Positions 40,083 to 51,767 of a DNA stretch of 56,235 nt are shown here, piece by piece. The translations under genes and the position numbers were made by a program. Position 1 is the stretch's first letter; the number at the start of each line of letters is the position of its first letter. The notes beneath the pieces were generated by a model. The model saw only the letters and a program-made list of their open reading frames with translations, was not told the origin of the DNA and searched no databases. The stretch comes from an uncultured Actinomycetes bacterium (GTDB lineage Bacteria > Actinomycetota > Actinomycetes > Nanopelagicales > Nanopelagicaceae), in NCBI GenBank assembly GCA_903871555.1, contig CAIQHM010000049.1:1-56235 (forward strand), written 5' to 3'.

Positions 40083-41300
40083 TTACTTGTTAAGCGCAAC
40101 CTTTAGATTCTCATCAATTGCAGCTAAGAAGTCCTGAGTGTTTAACCAAGGGCTCTCTTTTGAAATCAGGATTGCAAGGTCTTTTGTCATCTTTCCGGAT
40201 TCAACAGTCGCAACACAGACCTTCTCGAGTGTTGTCGCAAATTCGGCAAGCGCTGGATTGTTATCCAACTTTGCGCGATGTGATAGACCTTGAGTCCAAG
40301 CAAAGATTGATGCGATTGGATTTGTTGAGGTCTGCTTCCCTGCCTGGTGATCGCGGAAGTGACGAGTAACTGTTCCATGGGCCGCTTCAGATTCAACAGT
40401 CAAACCATCTGGTGTCATCAGAACTGATGTCATCAATCCAAGTGAGCCATAACCTTGAGCGACGGTATCTGATTGCACATCACCGTCATAGTTCTTACAG
40501 GCCCAAACATAACCACCTTCCCAACGAAGTGAGGTTGCAACCATGTCATCGATTAGGCGATGCTCGTATGTAATTCCTGCAGCGTCGAACTTAGCTTTGA
40601 ATTCGCTCTCGAAAATTTCGGCAAAGATATCCTTAAAGCGACCATCATAAGCTTTTAGGATTGTGTTCTTTGTTGAGAGAAATACTGGGTAATTACGGAT
40701 TAAACCGTAGTTCATTGATGCTCGTGCAAAGTCGCGGATTGAATCATCCAAGTTATACATACCCATCGCTACTCCTGAAGATGGGAAATCAAAGACGTTA
40801 AATTCCATCGGCTTTGAACCATCTTTTGGCGTGAATGTCATAGTCAAAGTTCCGGCGCCTGGTACTTTGAAATCTGTTGCCTTGTATTGATCACCGAATG
40901 CGTGACGGCCAATAACGATTGGCTTGGTCCAGTTAGGAACAAGTCTTGGCACATTCTTCATGATGATTGGTTCACGGAAAATTACGCCACCCAAGATATT
41001 TCGGATAGTTCCATTTGGCGATTTCCACATCTGCTTTAGCCCAAATTCTTCAACTCGAGCTTCATCGGGAGTGATAGTCGCGCACTTAATTCCAACACCA
41101 TGCTTCTTAATTGCGTTAGCAGAATCAATTGTCACCTGATCGTTTGTGGCATCACGGTGTTCGATTCCAAGATCGTAATACTCAAGATTTATATCAAGGT
41201 AAGGCAAGATCAATTTGTCCTTGATAAACGACCAGATAATTCGGGTCATTTCATCGCCATCTAGCTCAACAACTGTTCCTTCTACTTTAATCTTCGACAT
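40083..41300 (-). CDS. icd: NADP-dependent isocitrate dehydrogenase (IDH1-like type)
   Basis: [49 protein letters not shown]. Confidence 0.97.
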   Translation of the reverse strand: MSKIKVEGTVVELDGDEMTRIIWSFIKDKLILPYLDINLEYYDLGIEHRDATNDQVTIDSANAIKKHGVGIKCATITPDEARVEEFGLKQMWKSPNGTIRNILGGVIFREPIIMKNVPRLVPNWTKPIVIGRHAFGDQYKATDFKVPGAGTLTMTFTPKDGSKPMEFNVFDFPSSGVAMGMYNLDDSIRDFARASMNYGLIRNYPVFLSTKNTILKAYDGRFKDIFAEIFESEFKAKFDAAGITYEHRLIDDMVATSLRWEGGYVWACKNYDGDVQSDTVAQGYGSLGLMTSVLMTPDGLTVESEAAHGTVTRHFRDHQAGKQTSTNPIASIFAWTQGLSHRAKLDNNPALAEFATTLEKVCVATVESGKMTKDLAILISKESPWLNTQDFLAAIDENLKVALNK

Positions 41301-41341
41301 TTTTTCTTCGCCCTCTTCTAGTTTCTAATTAATTCTCTGGT

Positions 41342-42298
41342 TTAGAGATCTTTAACGTCTGCTTGCTTTGCGCGGACAGCTTCGGCCGCGGCTTTAAGTG
41401 CTTCTACTTCTGATGTGGTTAGCGCGCTCTCAACAACTTTGCGAACACCGCTCTTACCGATTTCAGCTTCGACTCCAAGATAAACACCGCTGATTCCGTA
41501 TTCACCATCTACCCAAGCGCACACTGGCATTACAGCGCCGGAATCTTCTTTAACCGCTTTTGCCATTCGAGCAGCAGCAGCAGATGGTGCGTAATATGCA
41601 GAACCAGTTTTTAATAATGCAACAACTTCGGCGCCACCATTTCTAGTGCGCTCAACAAGTGAGTCAATTTTTGCAGCATCTAGAAGTTCAGTAAGTGGCT
41701 TGCCATTTACTGTGCAACGACTTGGGACTGGAACCATAGTGTCACCATGTGAACCAAGGGTTAGAGTCTTTACTGAAGAGACTGGAACTTTAAGTTCTTC
41801 AGCAACAAAGTTTGTGAAGCGGGCGGTATCTAACATTCCTGCTTGCCCGATTACTCGGTTCTTTGGAAATGATGTTGCAAGTTGAGTAAGTGCCGTCATT
41901 TCATCTAACGGATTTGAAACAACAATGATTACCGCGTTTGGCGAATGCTTTGCAATATTTTCAGCAACACCGCGAACAATTCCAGCATTTACACCGATTA
42001 GATCCATGCGGCTCATGCCTGGCTTACGTGGCAAGCCTGCAGTAATAACAACTACTTCAGAGTTTGCAGTTGCTTCGTATCCAGCGCCATCAGCTGTTGT
42101 TGTTGCGCCAACAATCTTTGTTTCAAATCCTTCAATCGATCGCGATTGATTCATATCCAATGCCAAGCCTTCTGGCTTACCTTCTAAAATATCTGTGAGA
42201 ACTACAGTTTCGAAGATGTCGTATTCGGCTAATCGAAGTGCTGTTGTTGAACCGTAAAAACCGGCGCCGACAACTGTTACTTTTCCTGATCTGCTCAT
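41342..42298 (-). CDS. mdh: Malate dehydrogenase (LDH-like type)
   Basis: VVGAGFYG, TAGLPRKPGMSRMDL, VSNPLD, LDTARF, GSHGD, TGSAYYAP. Confidence 0.95.
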   Translation of the reverse strand: MSRSGKVTVVGAGFYGSTTALRLAEYDIFETVVLTDILEGKPEGLALDMNQSRSIEGFETKIVGATTTADGAGYEATANSEVVVITAGLPRKPGMSRMDLIGVNAGIVRGVAENIAKHSPNAVIIVVSNPLDEMTALTQLATSFPKNRVIGQAGMLDTARFTNFVAEELKVPVSSVKTLTLGSHGDTMVPVPSRCTVNGKPLTELLDAAKIDSLVERTRNGGAEVVALLKTGSAYYAPSAAAARMAKAVKEDSGAVMPVCAWVDGEYGISGVYLGVEAEIGKSGVRKVVESALTTSEVEALKAAAEAVRAKQADVKDL

Positions 42299-42339
42299 GT
42301 TCACTGCTTCCTTCTTCTATTTAATTTGATGGCTAAATA

Positions 42340-42579
42340 TTACTTGGCATGTGGCAGTGTGAGCGCCACCACAAAAAGCAGCAGTGCCATCGCGACAGGG
42401 AGAATTAATTCGATTTTTCGATGACGATTTGAGCGTAAATACTTCGTTGTCGCAATTATTGCGGTTCCAGTGGCTACCAATAAAGCCCCGGTCCGCACCG
42501 CATCAAAAATCCCAAGGGCTACCCCAATAAAAATAATTGCAAAAGCTAAAAGGCGTAACCGATCGATTGCAATTTTCAT
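42340..42579 (-). CDS. Small membrane protein, DUF3017-like
   Basis: Three hydrophobic segments; position directly after folD as in other actinobacteria; TAATG overlap. Confidence 0.6.
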   Translation of the reverse strand: MKIAIDRLRLLAFAIIFIGVALGIFDAVRTGALLVATGTAIIATTKYLRSNRHRKIELILPVAMALLLFVVALTLPHAK

Positions 42580-43415
42580 TAATTAATTTGCGCCATTTCT
42601 ACAACATTCGCGAGCAGCATTGCCCTTGTCATTGGTCCCACGCCACCTGGCATTGGTGCAATTGCCGCAGCAATTTTTGCAACATCAGGATGAACATCTC
42701 CCAGTAGCCCAGCTTCAGTACGAGTAATACCAACATCTAAAACTATTGCGCCCGGTTTAATCATTTCAGCCCTTAAGAAATGCGCACTTCCGATTGCTGC
42801 AACAATTATGTCAGCCCGCTTCGTGTGTGAAATTACATCTACAGTTTTGGTATGCGTAATTGTTACCGTTGCATCACTTCCCTTTTGTGAAAGCAATAAA
42901 GCTAGCGGGCGGCCGACAGTTAAGCCTCGTCCCATGACAACAACTTCTTTCCCTGAAGTTGAAAGCGAATAGCGAGTTAGTAATTCTAGAATTCCGCGAG
43001 GAGTGCAAGGTAGTGGAGCTTTCTCGCCAATAACTAATTTTCCTAAGTTGAGTGGATGCAAGCCATCAGCATCTTTTGCTGGATCAATACTTTCTAATAA
43101 GAGATTTGTATTAATTCCTTTAGGGACTGGAAGTTGAACTATGTATCCAGTGCATTCGCTACTGTTATTTAAATCTTTAATTGCTGCAAGTACATCGTTC
43201 TGACTTGCAGTCGCTGGCAAGTCGATTCGTATCGAATTAATTCCAACCTCGGCGCAATCTTTATGTTTGCCACCAACATATGAATGTGAACCAGGGTCAT
43301 CGCCAACTAGAACAGTTCCAAGTCCTGGTTTTCTCTTCATTGTTGAAACTATCTGGCGTAACTCTTCTTTGATGATGGTTGCGGTGGCTTTGCCATCAAG
43401 AATTATTGCGCTCAT
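42579..43415 (-). CDS. folD: Methylene-THF dehydrogenase/cyclohydrolase
   Basis: [39 protein letters not shown]. Confidence 0.97.
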   Translation of the reverse strand: MSAIILDGKATATIIKEELRQIVSTMKRKPGLGTVLVGDDPGSHSYVGGKHKDCAEVGINSIRIDLPATASQNDVLAAIKDLNNSSECTGYIVQLPVPKGINTNLLLESIDPAKDADGLHPLNLGKLVIGEKAPLPCTPRGILELLTRYSLSTSGKEVVVMGRGLTVGRPLALLLSQKGSDATVTITHTKTVDVISHTKRADIIVAAIGSAHFLRAEMIKPGAIVLDVGITRTEAGLLGDVHPDVAKIAAAIAPMPGGVGPMTRAMLLANVVEMAQIN

Positions 43416-43437
43416 ATTGCAATCCTATCGAGAAGCT

Positions 43438-44976
43438 TTAAGCATGTGAAAAATGGCGGACCCCGGTGAAAAACATCGAAACGCTAGCGCTCTTCGCAGC
43501 CTCGATAACTTCAGCATCGCGCACGCTTCCACCTGGAGCTACAACAGCAGTTACTCCGGCATCTAGCAAAATCTGTAGGCCATCTGCAAAAGGGAAAAAC
43601 GCATCGCTGGCGGCTACCGATCCCAACGCCCGACCGCCGGCACGATTAACTGCAAGTTTCGCGCTATCTACTCGATTTACTTGACCCATACCAACACCAA
43701 CAGATGCGCCGTTCTTTGCAAGCAAGATTGCATTGCTCTTAACTGCTCGAACACTTCGCCAAGCAAATTGCAGATCTCGCAATACTTCCGCACTAACTTT
43801 TTCGCCCGACACTTGCTGCCAGTTTTTGGAATCGTCACCAACTGCATTTATGAGATCAGTTTGTTGAATTAATATGCCACCTGAAATTGGTCGAAGTTCT
43901 TCATTCGCAATTTGATAATCAGCAATTTCTAGAATTCTTATCGATGGCTTCTTTGCCAAAATTTCGATCGCGCCCGCTTCGTATCCTGGTGCTACAACAA
44001 CTTCGGTGAAAATTTCGCTAAGTGCTATTGCCATTGCGGTTGAAACAATACGGTTTGCAGCGACTACGCCGCCAAATGCCGATACTGGATCACATGCGTG
44101 CGCAGCTGCATGGGCCGTGGCAATATCTCCTGCGATCGCGATTCCACATGGGTTAGCATGTTTAATAATTGCTACACATGCTTCGTTGTGATCATAGGCT
44201 GCGCGTAGCGCGGCATCAGCATCCGTGTAATTATTAAATGACATCTCTTTACCGTGATGTTGTTTAGCACTGCTAATACCCGCAGGGTTTGTACTATCCA
44301 AATAAACGCTCGCCGCCTGATGCGGATTCTCGCCATATCTTAGATCGGAAATTTTCTTCCAAACTTTTGCACGCCAATCGCTCTGGTTTAATTCACCAGC
44401 AAGCCATTCGGAGATTGCGATATCGTATTCTGCCGTCTTGCGATAAGTTTTCATCGCTAATTCACGCCGCTCTTGCAGGGTAAAACCGCCGTTATCAAGA
44501 GCGGTCGCTAGAAATCCATACTGAGATGGATCGGAAATAACTGCAACTGAGTTGTGATTCTTAGCAGCACCTCGCAACATACTTGGACCGCCGATATCAA
44601 TCTGTTCGATGCATTCGGCGAACTCTGCGCCACTGGCAATTGTTTCGGTGAATGGATAAAGATTTATAACTATCAAATCAAAAGGTGCAATATCTTGTGC
44701 TGCTAGTTGAGATAGATGGTCCGGATTACTTTGATCGGCCAAAATCCCGCCATGAATTCGTGGATGCAACGTCTTTACCCGGCCGCCTAACATCTCTGGA
44801 AAACCGGTGTACTCCTCGACTGCAATAACTTTCACGCCAGCGCCACTTAGTACCTTTGCTGTCGAGCCGGTAGAAAGAATTTCAATTCCTGCTTTTTCTA
44901 AACTCTTTCCAAGTTCAACTAAGCCAGTCTTGTCATAAACACTGACAAGTGCGCGCGATATTTTCTTACGATCCAT
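43438..44976 (-). CDS. purH: AICAR transformylase/IMP cyclohydrolase
   Basis: [50 protein letters not shown]. Confidence 0.97.
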   Translation of the reverse strand: MDRKKISRALVSVYDKTGLVELGKSLEKAGIEILSTGSTAKVLSGAGVKVIAVEEYTGFPEMLGGRVKTLHPRIHGGILADQSNPDHLSQLAAQDIAPFDLIVINLYPFTETIASGAEFAECIEQIDIGGPSMLRGAAKNHNSVAVISDPSQYGFLATALDNGGFTLQERRELAMKTYRKTAEYDIAISEWLAGELNQSDWRAKVWKKISDLRYGENPHQAASVYLDSTNPAGISSAKQHHGKEMSFNNYTDADAALRAAYDHNEACVAIIKHANPCGIAIAGDIATAHAAAHACDPVSAFGGVVAANRIVSTAMAIALSEIFTEVVVAPGYEAGAIEILAKKPSIRILEIADYQIANEELRPISGGILIQQTDLINAVGDDSKNWQQVSGEKVSAEVLRDLQFAWRSVRAVKSNAILLAKNGASVGVGMGQVNRVDSAKLAVNRAGGRALGSVAASDAFFPFADGLQILLDAGVTAVVAPGGSVRDAEVIEAAKSASVSMFFTGVRHFSHA

Positions 44977-45542
44977 TAGATCCGCCCTGGAATTCCATTA
45001 GCAATGAAGTGTCTAAGTGTCTCAACGATGAGCGCTCGTTCCACAATCTTAATACGTTCATGAAGTGAAGTTTCATCATCTTCTGGCAAAACATCAACTT
45101 CTTTCTGCACAATAACTTTCCCTGTATCTATTCCTGAGTCAACCCAATGAACCGTAGCGCCAGTCTTTCTTACACCGGCTGAAATAGCATCTCTGACTCC
45201 GTGTGCTCCAGGAAAATTTGGAAGTAGCGCTGGATGGGTATTTATAGTTGGAAATTTCTCAACAAAGTCGCGCGATAGAACCCGCATAAATCCAACGCTA
45301 ACGACAAGATTAGGATTTAGTCCTGAAAGAAATTTAATTAAATCGGTATTCCAGGTCTCACGATTTTCTGACATAGGCAAGTATTTTGTTGGGATACCTT
45401 CATGTGTTGCACGCGCAATTGCCTGTGATTCCCTATCTGAGACAAGCGCAAGTATTTCTAAATCTAGTAACCCTGATTTCTGTGCATCTATTATCGCTTG
45501 GGCTAATGAACCACTTCCAGATGCAAGAATTGCTATTTTCAA
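44976..45542 (-). CDS. purN: Phosphoribosylglycinamide formyltransferase
   Basis: [33 protein letters not shown]. Confidence 0.96.
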   Translation of the reverse strand: MKIAILASGSGSLAQAIIDAQKSGLLDLEILALVSDRESQAIARATHEGIPTKYLPMSENRETWNTDLIKFLSGLNPNLVVSVGFMRVLSRDFVEKFPTINTHPALLPNFPGAHGVRDAISAGVRKTGATVHWVDSGIDTGKVIVQKEVDVLPEDDETSLHERIKIVERALIVETLRHFIANGIPGRI

Positions 45543-46640
45543 TTAAAGCTCGCTCTTATGGGATTTTAAAACCTTAATTAATTTTGGAAGATATAACCCA
45601 AGTAATAGCGTCACAACTTGCACCCCACCAAAGATTGTTGGAAGTGCCCACCAACTTATGCCAACCGGGTTCATATCTTTAGTCAGAAGTTCTCCACCTG
45701 CAAAATAGGAGATCACGGTAATTAGAATTAGCAAGGGGAATATGGTTTTGATTACCTCACTCTGGCGAAAAGCAAAATCTTCATATTTTTGAAATATCGC
45801 TAGTTGATTCAAAAGAATAAACGCAATCGGGATAACTAATGCGAATAAGACTAACGGGTGTTCGGAAGTTGGAAGTGAGCCGAGCATAGGAATAGAAGGA
45901 AGTGAATTGAGATCTAAATTAGTCGGAGATATCTGAGTTCCAAGTCCTAAGGAAAATCCGGTTCCGAATAGATATGAAATTCCAGCAAGCGCAATATTAG
46001 GTAGATAGAGCAGTTGCAGGATGGTGAAGAGAATTCCGCCCATGATGCCTGGCTGAATAACAATTGCAAGAGATTTAACTATTTGGAAATGTAGCAAGAG
46101 TGAAATTGCTAATAGAAACATTACAAATCCAATTAAAGCTAAGAATAAGTGTGCCAATAACCTAAATCTTATGAAGAATTCGCTTTGATAATCAACAGTT
46201 GCACTTAGCGCCAAAAGAAGTACAAAAATTGGCGTTAATACAATATTTGGTTTGATGTTAGTGCTCTGTGAAAGTTCGGCAGCGATTGTTGCGATGGCCG
46301 TGTAGAAAATAACCATAAAAGATCTAGCACCGCGGGGATTATTTAAGAATTCACTTGCTCGTCGGAAGCCATTTCTTATTGCTAACCAAGGGAATACCGC
46401 AGCACCAAGTGGAAGATAGCTAAGAGCGCCGCTAGAAAAACCAGAAGTTAACGCTAATTTAAATGGTATTAAATGACTGCCCAGCCATAACCAGATTGCT
46501 GCACGAATTGGGTCGGAGGTATTTCCAGTGGCGCTACCTGCGGTTGACCAAGCAAAGAGCGCAATAAAACTAAGTGGAAATAAAGTTAGGGCCACACTGC
46601 GCAGTGCCTGTTGAAAAGAAACCAGCAGGATGCGGCCCAA
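45543..46640 (-). CDS. DUF6350/PerM-like integral membrane protein
   Basis: Multiple TM; WLGSH, LPLG, YLPN, GTGFSLG, LPSIPMLGSLP; located between sucD and purN. Confidence 0.75.
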   Translation of the reverse strand: MGRILLVSFQQALRSVALTLFPLSFIALFAWSTAGSATGNTSDPIRAAIWLWLGSHLIPFKLALTSGFSSGALSYLPLGAAVFPWLAIRNGFRRASEFLNNPRGARSFMVIFYTAIATIAAELSQSTNIKPNIVLTPIFVLLLALSATVDYQSEFFIRFRLLAHLFLALIGFVMFLLAISLLLHFQIVKSLAIVIQPGIMGGILFTILQLLYLPNIALAGISYLFGTGFSLGLGTQISPTNLDLNSLPSIPMLGSLPTSEHPLVLFALVIPIAFILLNQLAIFQKYEDFAFRQSEVIKTIFPLLILITVISYFAGGELLTKDMNPVGISWWALPTIFGGVQVVTLLLGLYLPKLIKVLKSHKSEL

Positions 46641-46645
46641 GATTG

Positions 46646-47536
46646 TTAACCCTTTTTATTATTTAAAATAGTGCGCATCAGTTGCGCGGCTTCACTTGGT
46701 GTCTTACCAACGCTTACACCAACAGCTTCAAGTGCGCTCTGCTTTGCAGCAGCGGTTCCTGAAGATCCAGAAACAATAGCTCCGGCATGTCCCATAGTTT
46801 TTCCTTCAGGGGCAGTAAAACCTGCAACGTAACCAACAACTGGCTTTGTTACATACTCTGCAATAAACAGCGCGGCACGCTCTTCAGCATCTCCACCAAT
46901 TTCACCAATCATTACAATCGCATCGGTATCTGGATCATCTTGAAATGCACGCAAGCAATCAATATGAGTTGTACCGATAATTGGATCGCCACCGATACCA
47001 ACTGCGGTGCTGATGCCAAAGTCACGAAGTTCGTACATCATTTGATAAGTAAGAGTTCCTGATTTTGAAACCAAACCAATTCGTCCTGGGCCTGTGATAT
47101 CGGCTGGAATAATTCCAAGATTTGATTTGCCGGGACTTATTAAACCTGGACAGTTTGGTCCAACTAAACGAGTTGTACCTTTCGCAACTGCATAAGCATA
47201 AAAAGCCGCCGAATCATGTACCGGAATTCCTTCGGTTATAACAACTACAAGTGGCAACTTGGCATCAACTGCATCAATGACTGCTGCTTTTGCAAACTTA
47301 GGTGGAACAAAAACTACGGATGCATTTGCACCTGTTGCGGCAACGGCTTCGGCAACGTTGTTGAAAACCGGAAGTGTTACGCCTTCAATTTCGACGCTCT
47401 GCCCGCCCTTGCCAGGAGTAACTCCGCCAACAATTTTGGTTCCTGATTTGATCATACGTGCTGTGTGCTTTGTGCCTTCAGAACCTGTCATCCCTTGCAC
47501 TAGGACTTTAGTATTCTCATTAATAAAGATCGCCAT
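46646..47536 (-). CDS. sucD: Succinyl-CoA synthetase alpha subunit
   Basis: [31 protein letters not shown]. Confidence 0.97.
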   Translation of the reverse strand: MAIFINENTKVLVQGMTGSEGTKHTARMIKSGTKIVGGVTPGKGGQSVEIEGVTLPVFNNVAEAVAATGANASVVFVPPKFAKAAVIDAVDAKLPLVVVITEGIPVHDSAAFYAYAVAKGTTRLVGPNCPGLISPGKSNLGIIPADITGPGRIGLVSKSGTLTYQMMYELRDFGISTAVGIGGDPIIGTTHIDCLRAFQDDPDTDAIVMIGEIGGDAEERAALFIAEYVTKPVVGYVAGFTAPEGKTMGHAGAIVSGSSGTAAAKQSALEAVGVSVGKTPSEAAQLMRTILNNKKG

Positions 47537-48696
47537 TATTTTGCCGCCAATTCTGCGGCGCGTGCTGCTGCGCCATCCATAGTGTCAACTTGCTGAATAA
47601 GAGGATGTGCCGCCTCGTTTAATATTCGACGACCCTCAAGCACATTGTTTCCATCAAGGCGCACAACGATTGGCTTTGTTGCCTTAGCGCCCAACATTTC
47701 CAAGGCTTGAACAATTCCATTTGCAACAGCATCGCAGGCAGTAATTCCACCGAAAACATTTACAAAAACGCTTCTAACATCGGAATCGCCAAGAATAATA
47801 CCGAGACCATCAGCCATAACTTGCGCCGATGCACCGCCGCCAATATCTAGGAAGTTTGCTGGTTTAACACCAAATTTCTCACCGGCATAAGCAACAACAT
47901 CGAGCGTGCTCATTACAAGCCCGGCGCCATTTCCAATAATTCCAACTTGGCCATCTAGTTTTACATAATTCAAGTTCTTTGCTTTTGCTGCTGCTTCCAG
48001 AGGATTTGCGGCTGCATGATCAATAAGAGCTTCGTGATCTGGATGTCTGAAGTCAGCGCTGTCATCCAAAGTAACTTTGCCATCAAGTGCAACCACTTTG
48101 CCATCACTTGTTTTTACAAGTGGATTGATCTCCATCAAAGTTGCATCTTCGGCAACAAATGCCGCCCATAATTTAAGAAGGACATCTACTACTTGGTCGA
48201 CTACATCAGCTGGGAATTGCCCGGCTAAAACAATTTCACGAGCCTTCTCTTTTGAAATTCCAATATTTGGATCAATGCCTACTCTGGCTAATTTTTCAGG
48301 AGTCTTATGAGCAACTTCTTCAATTTCCATTCCGCCGGCAACCGAGGCCATTACTAAGAAATTGCGATTTGCTCGATCTAACAAAATTGCTAAGTAATAT
48401 TCCGCTTCAATTGGTGCGGCCTGCGCGATCATTACTTTATTTACAGTGTGACCTTTAATATCCATTCCAAGAATTGCCGCGGCTTTTTCTTTAGCATCAC
48501 TTGCACTTTCAGCGAGCTTCACGCCACCAGCTTTTCCGCGACCGCCAACTTTTACCTGCGCTTTAACAACCACACGACCGCCCATTGATGCTGCTGCGGT
48601 TTCTGCTTCCTCTGGTGTGTACGCAACTGCGCCACCTAGAACTGGAATGCCATGTGATTCAAAAAGATCTCGAGCTTGATACTCAAAGAGATCCAC
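47536..48696 (-). CDS. sucC: Succinyl-CoA synthetase beta subunit
   Basis: [41 protein letters not shown]. Confidence 0.97.
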   Translation of the reverse strand: MDLFEYQARDLFESHGIPVLGGAVAYTPEEAETAAASMGGRVVVKAQVKVGGRGKAGGVKLAESASDAKEKAAAILGMDIKGHTVNKVMIAQAAPIEAEYYLAILLDRANRNFLVMASVAGGMEIEEVAHKTPEKLARVGIDPNIGISKEKAREIVLAGQFPADVVDQVVDVLLKLWAAFVAEDATLMEINPLVKTSDGKVVALDGKVTLDDSADFRHPDHEALIDHAAANPLEAAAKAKNLNYVKLDGQVGIIGNGAGLVMSTLDVVAYAGEKFGVKPANFLDIGGGASAQVMADGLGIILGDSDVRSVFVNVFGGITACDAVANGIVQALEMLGAKATKPIVVRLDGNNVLEGRRILNEAAHPLIQQVDTMDGAAARAAELAAK

Positions 48697-48762
48697 TAGT
48701 TACCCCGTTCATTAATAATTACTAAGTCCTGCGCTACGAATAAGCGAAATCTTAGTGGTTAT

Positions 48763-50988
48763 TTAGAGCTTCTCTACCGGCGCATATCGCAGAAGCAGCC
48801 GCTTTTCACCAAGGGAACCGAAGTTAATCGTGGCTTCGGCGCGATCCCCAGTGCCAATAACTGCAACGACGGTACCTAATCCAAATGTGTCATGTGACAC
48901 ACGATCGCCAGCTTCTAGCACCATTGTTGTTGAGGCCTTGCGACCTGTTGCTCTTGGTGCTGGTGTGAAATGCGAAGTCTTCATAACACTTGCGCGAGAT
49001 GGTGCTGGTGCATGCTCGTTCCATTCAATTACATCTTCGGGAATTTCAGCAAGAAAACGTGATGCCGGATTGTAAGTTGGCGCTCCCCAAGAGGATCGAT
49101 ATTCAGATCTAGAAATAAATAACTGCATACGTGCACGAGTTAAACCTACATATGCCAATCTGCGTTCTTCTTCAATTTCTTCTCGATCACCTAAAGTTCT
49201 GGAGTGCGGGAAAATTCCTTCTTCCATCCCAGTTAAAAATACGGTTGGAAATTCTAAGCCTTTTGCCGTGTGTAAAGTCATTAACGTTACGACGCCACCA
49301 TGATCTTCACCATCCGGAATTTGATCTGAATCAGCGACAAGTGAGACATTTTCCAAGAAGCCCAGCAAGGAAATTTCCTCGCCCTCTTCTACTTCACCCT
49401 CTTCATACTCAACGGCTACTGAAACTAATTCTTGTAGGTTCTCAACTCGTGATTCATCCTGTAAATCATCACTCTTCTCAAGTTCGTGCAGTAATCCAGA
49501 TTGTTCTAATACCGCTTGCGCAATTATGGAGGGTCGAGTTTTAGCTTCTACAAGAAATGCAAGTGATGAAATTAAATGAACAAAATCATTTATGGCCGCA
49601 ATGGATCTTGTAGGGATATTTGGGACTTCAGCTGCGCGATTAAGTGCGCTCCAAAAAGATATATCTGAATCTTTGGCAAAGAGATCTACGGTATCCAACG
49701 CCCGATCTCCGATTCCACGCTTTGGGGTATTGATAATTCTGCGAAGTGAAACTTCATCTTCGCTATTTACTAACACTCGAAGATAAGCCAAGAAATCTTT
49801 GACCTCTTTGCGCTCATAAAATCGCACACCACCAACAACTTTGTATGGAATAGCCGACCGCAAAAAGACCTCTTCAAAGACGCGGGATTGGGCATTTGTG
49901 CGATAAAAAATAGCGGTATCACCTGGGTTTGAAATATTCTCTTTTCGCAATCTAGCGATCTCGGAGACAATGTGGTCTGCCTCATCATGTTCGCTCTCTG
50001 CAACATAACCAATAATTTTGGAACCAGATCCTGATTCTGACCATAGATTCTTCGCCTTTCGCCCCTCATTATTTGAAATAACGGCATTAGCGGCGGTAAG
50101 AATATTTTGGGTTGATCGATAATTTTGTTCAAGTAAAATTGTCTTAGCGCTTGGATAATCCGCTTCAAATTGCAGAATGTTCCTAATGTTTGCACCACGA
50201 AAGGCATAAATAGATTGATCGGCATCACCCACCACGCATAGTTCAGCAAGTGGAATTCCTTCGCCTTCAACCCCTACGAGCTCTTTGATCAACATATATT
50301 GCGCGTGGTTTGTATCTTGATATTCATCTACTAAAACATGGCGAAAGCGGGAACGATAACGTTGGCGGCTTTCAGGATTGCGTTGCAAAATTTCTACGGT
50401 CCGCCCAATTAAATCATCAAAATCCATTGCATTCGCGCTTGCCAACCGTTTTTGATAATGAGCGAAGACTTCAGCAACAATTTCGTTGAATTGATTATCT
50501 GCTGACTGAACAAAATCTGCGGGACCTTGTAATTCATTTTTTGCTTGGGAAATTAATCCTGCGACCGCACGTGGCGCGTAACGTTTAATATCTAAGTTCA
50601 TGTCTTTCATAACTAAAGTTATGAGGCGCAAACTGTCTGAAGAGTCATAGATCGTAAAGGAATTTGAATAACCAAGTTTTGACGCCTCTTGTCGCAGTAT
50701 CCGAACGCAGGCCGAGTGAAAAGTTGAGACCCACATAGATTTAGCGCTATCTCCTACTAAATCTGCAACGCGCTCTTTCATCTCTGCTGCAGCTTTATTT
50801 GTAAATGTGATTGCCAATACTTCATATGGACGAACACCACGTTCACCTAGTAGATATGCGATACGCCTTGTTAGAACTCGAGTCTTTCCAGAACCAGCGC
50901 CAGCAACTACTAATAATGGTGAGCCTTGATGAATAACAGCGGCTTGTTGCTGCGGGTTCAAGCCCTCGATCAAGGATTCGCGTGACAT
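48763..50988 (-). CDS. pcrA: ATP-dependent DNA helicase PcrA/UvrD1
   Basis: AGAGSGKT, TFTNKAA, DEYQDTN, GDADQSIY.FRGA, QNYRST, HTAKGLEF, EERRLAYV; C-terminal Tudor-like domain. Confidence 0.96.
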   Translation of the reverse strand: MSRESLIEGLNPQQQAAVIHQGSPLLVVAGAGSGKTRVLTRRIAYLLGERGVRPYEVLAITFTNKAAAEMKERVADLVGDSAKSMWVSTFHSACVRILRQEASKLGYSNSFTIYDSSDSLRLITLVMKDMNLDIKRYAPRAVAGLISQAKNELQGPADFVQSADNQFNEIVAEVFAHYQKRLASANAMDFDDLIGRTVEILQRNPESRQRYRSRFRHVLVDEYQDTNHAQYMLIKELVGVEGEGIPLAELCVVGDADQSIYAFRGANIRNILQFEADYPSAKTILLEQNYRSTQNILTAANAVISNNEGRKAKNLWSESGSGSKIIGYVAESEHDEADHIVSEIARLRKENISNPGDTAIFYRTNAQSRVFEEVFLRSAIPYKVVGGVRFYERKEVKDFLAYLRVLVNSEDEVSLRRIINTPKRGIGDRALDTVDLFAKDSDISFWSALNRAAEVPNIPTRSIAAINDFVHLISSLAFLVEAKTRPSIIAQAVLEQSGLLHELEKSDDLQDESRVENLQELVSVAVEYEEGEVEEGEEISLLGFLENVSLVADSDQIPDGEDHGGVVTLMTLHTAKGLEFPTVFLTGMEEGIFPHSRTLGDREEIEEERRLAYVGLTRARMQLFISRSEYRSSWGAPTYNPASRFLAEIPEDVIEWNEHAPAPSRASVMKTSHFTPAPRATGRKASTTMVLEAGDRVSHDTFGLGTVVAVIGTGDRAEATINFGSLGEKRLLLRYAPVEKL

Positions 50989-51041
50989 AGGTCGGAGTCT
51001 AACGACTCACATAATCCATGAAGTTCTCCTAAGATTGCCCA

Positions 51042-51767
51042 ATGCCTCCTTTAGATGATTCCGAGATTGAACGTGTCCTAGTTGTAACTGCTCACCCAGA
51101 TGACCTTGATTTTGGGGCAGCCGGAACAATTGCACAGTGGACCGCAAAAGGTATCGAAGTTTCTTACTGCATCTGTACAAATGGTGACCAAGGTGGCGAG
51201 GATCCAGAAGTTCCTCGTGCAGATATGCCGAAGATTCGCCAACGCGAACAACGCGATGCCGGAAAAATTCTGGGCGTTACAAATATTGAATTCTTAAATC
51301 ACCGCGATGGTTGGTTAGTTCCAACAATTGAATTGCGGAAGCAAATCGTCCGCGAGATCAGAAAATCTAAACCACAGCGGATGCTTATCCAGAGCCCCGA
51401 GCGAAACTGGGATCGATTGTTCTCGAGTCACCCAGATCATATGGCGGCTGGTGAGGCGGCTATACAAGCTGTTTATCCAGATGCCAGAAATCCTTTTGCA
51501 TTTGAGGATTTACTTAAAGATGAAGGCCTAGAACCATGGCATGTGCGCGAAGTTTGGGTGATGTCTCATCACACGCCTGATCATTTTATAGATGTAACAG
51601 ATACCTTTGATAAGAAGATTGCTGCGCTGCATGCGCATGTTAGCCAGACCGCTCACAATCCAAACTTGGAAAAAATGATCCGCGAATGGGGAGAGCGAAA
51701 CGCAAAATTAAATGGCTTAGCAGATGGCAGGGTTGCCGAAATATTTAGAATTGTTTCTAGCGATTAA
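51042..51767 (+). CDS. PIG-L/LmbE-family deacetylase
   Basis: AHPDD, TNGDQG, R..EQ, HPDH, AHVSQ. Confidence 0.9.
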   Translation: MPPLDDSEIERVLVVTAHPDDLDFGAAGTIAQWTAKGIEVSYCICTNGDQGGEDPEVPRADMPKIRQREQRDAGKILGVTNIEFLNHRDGWLVPTIELRKQIVREIRKSKPQRMLIQSPERNWDRLFSSHPDHMAAGEAAIQAVYPDARNPFAFEDLLKDEGLEPWHVREVWVMSHHTPDHFIDVTDTFDKKIAALHAHVSQTAHNPNLEKMIREWGERNAKLNGLADGRVAEIFRIVSSD

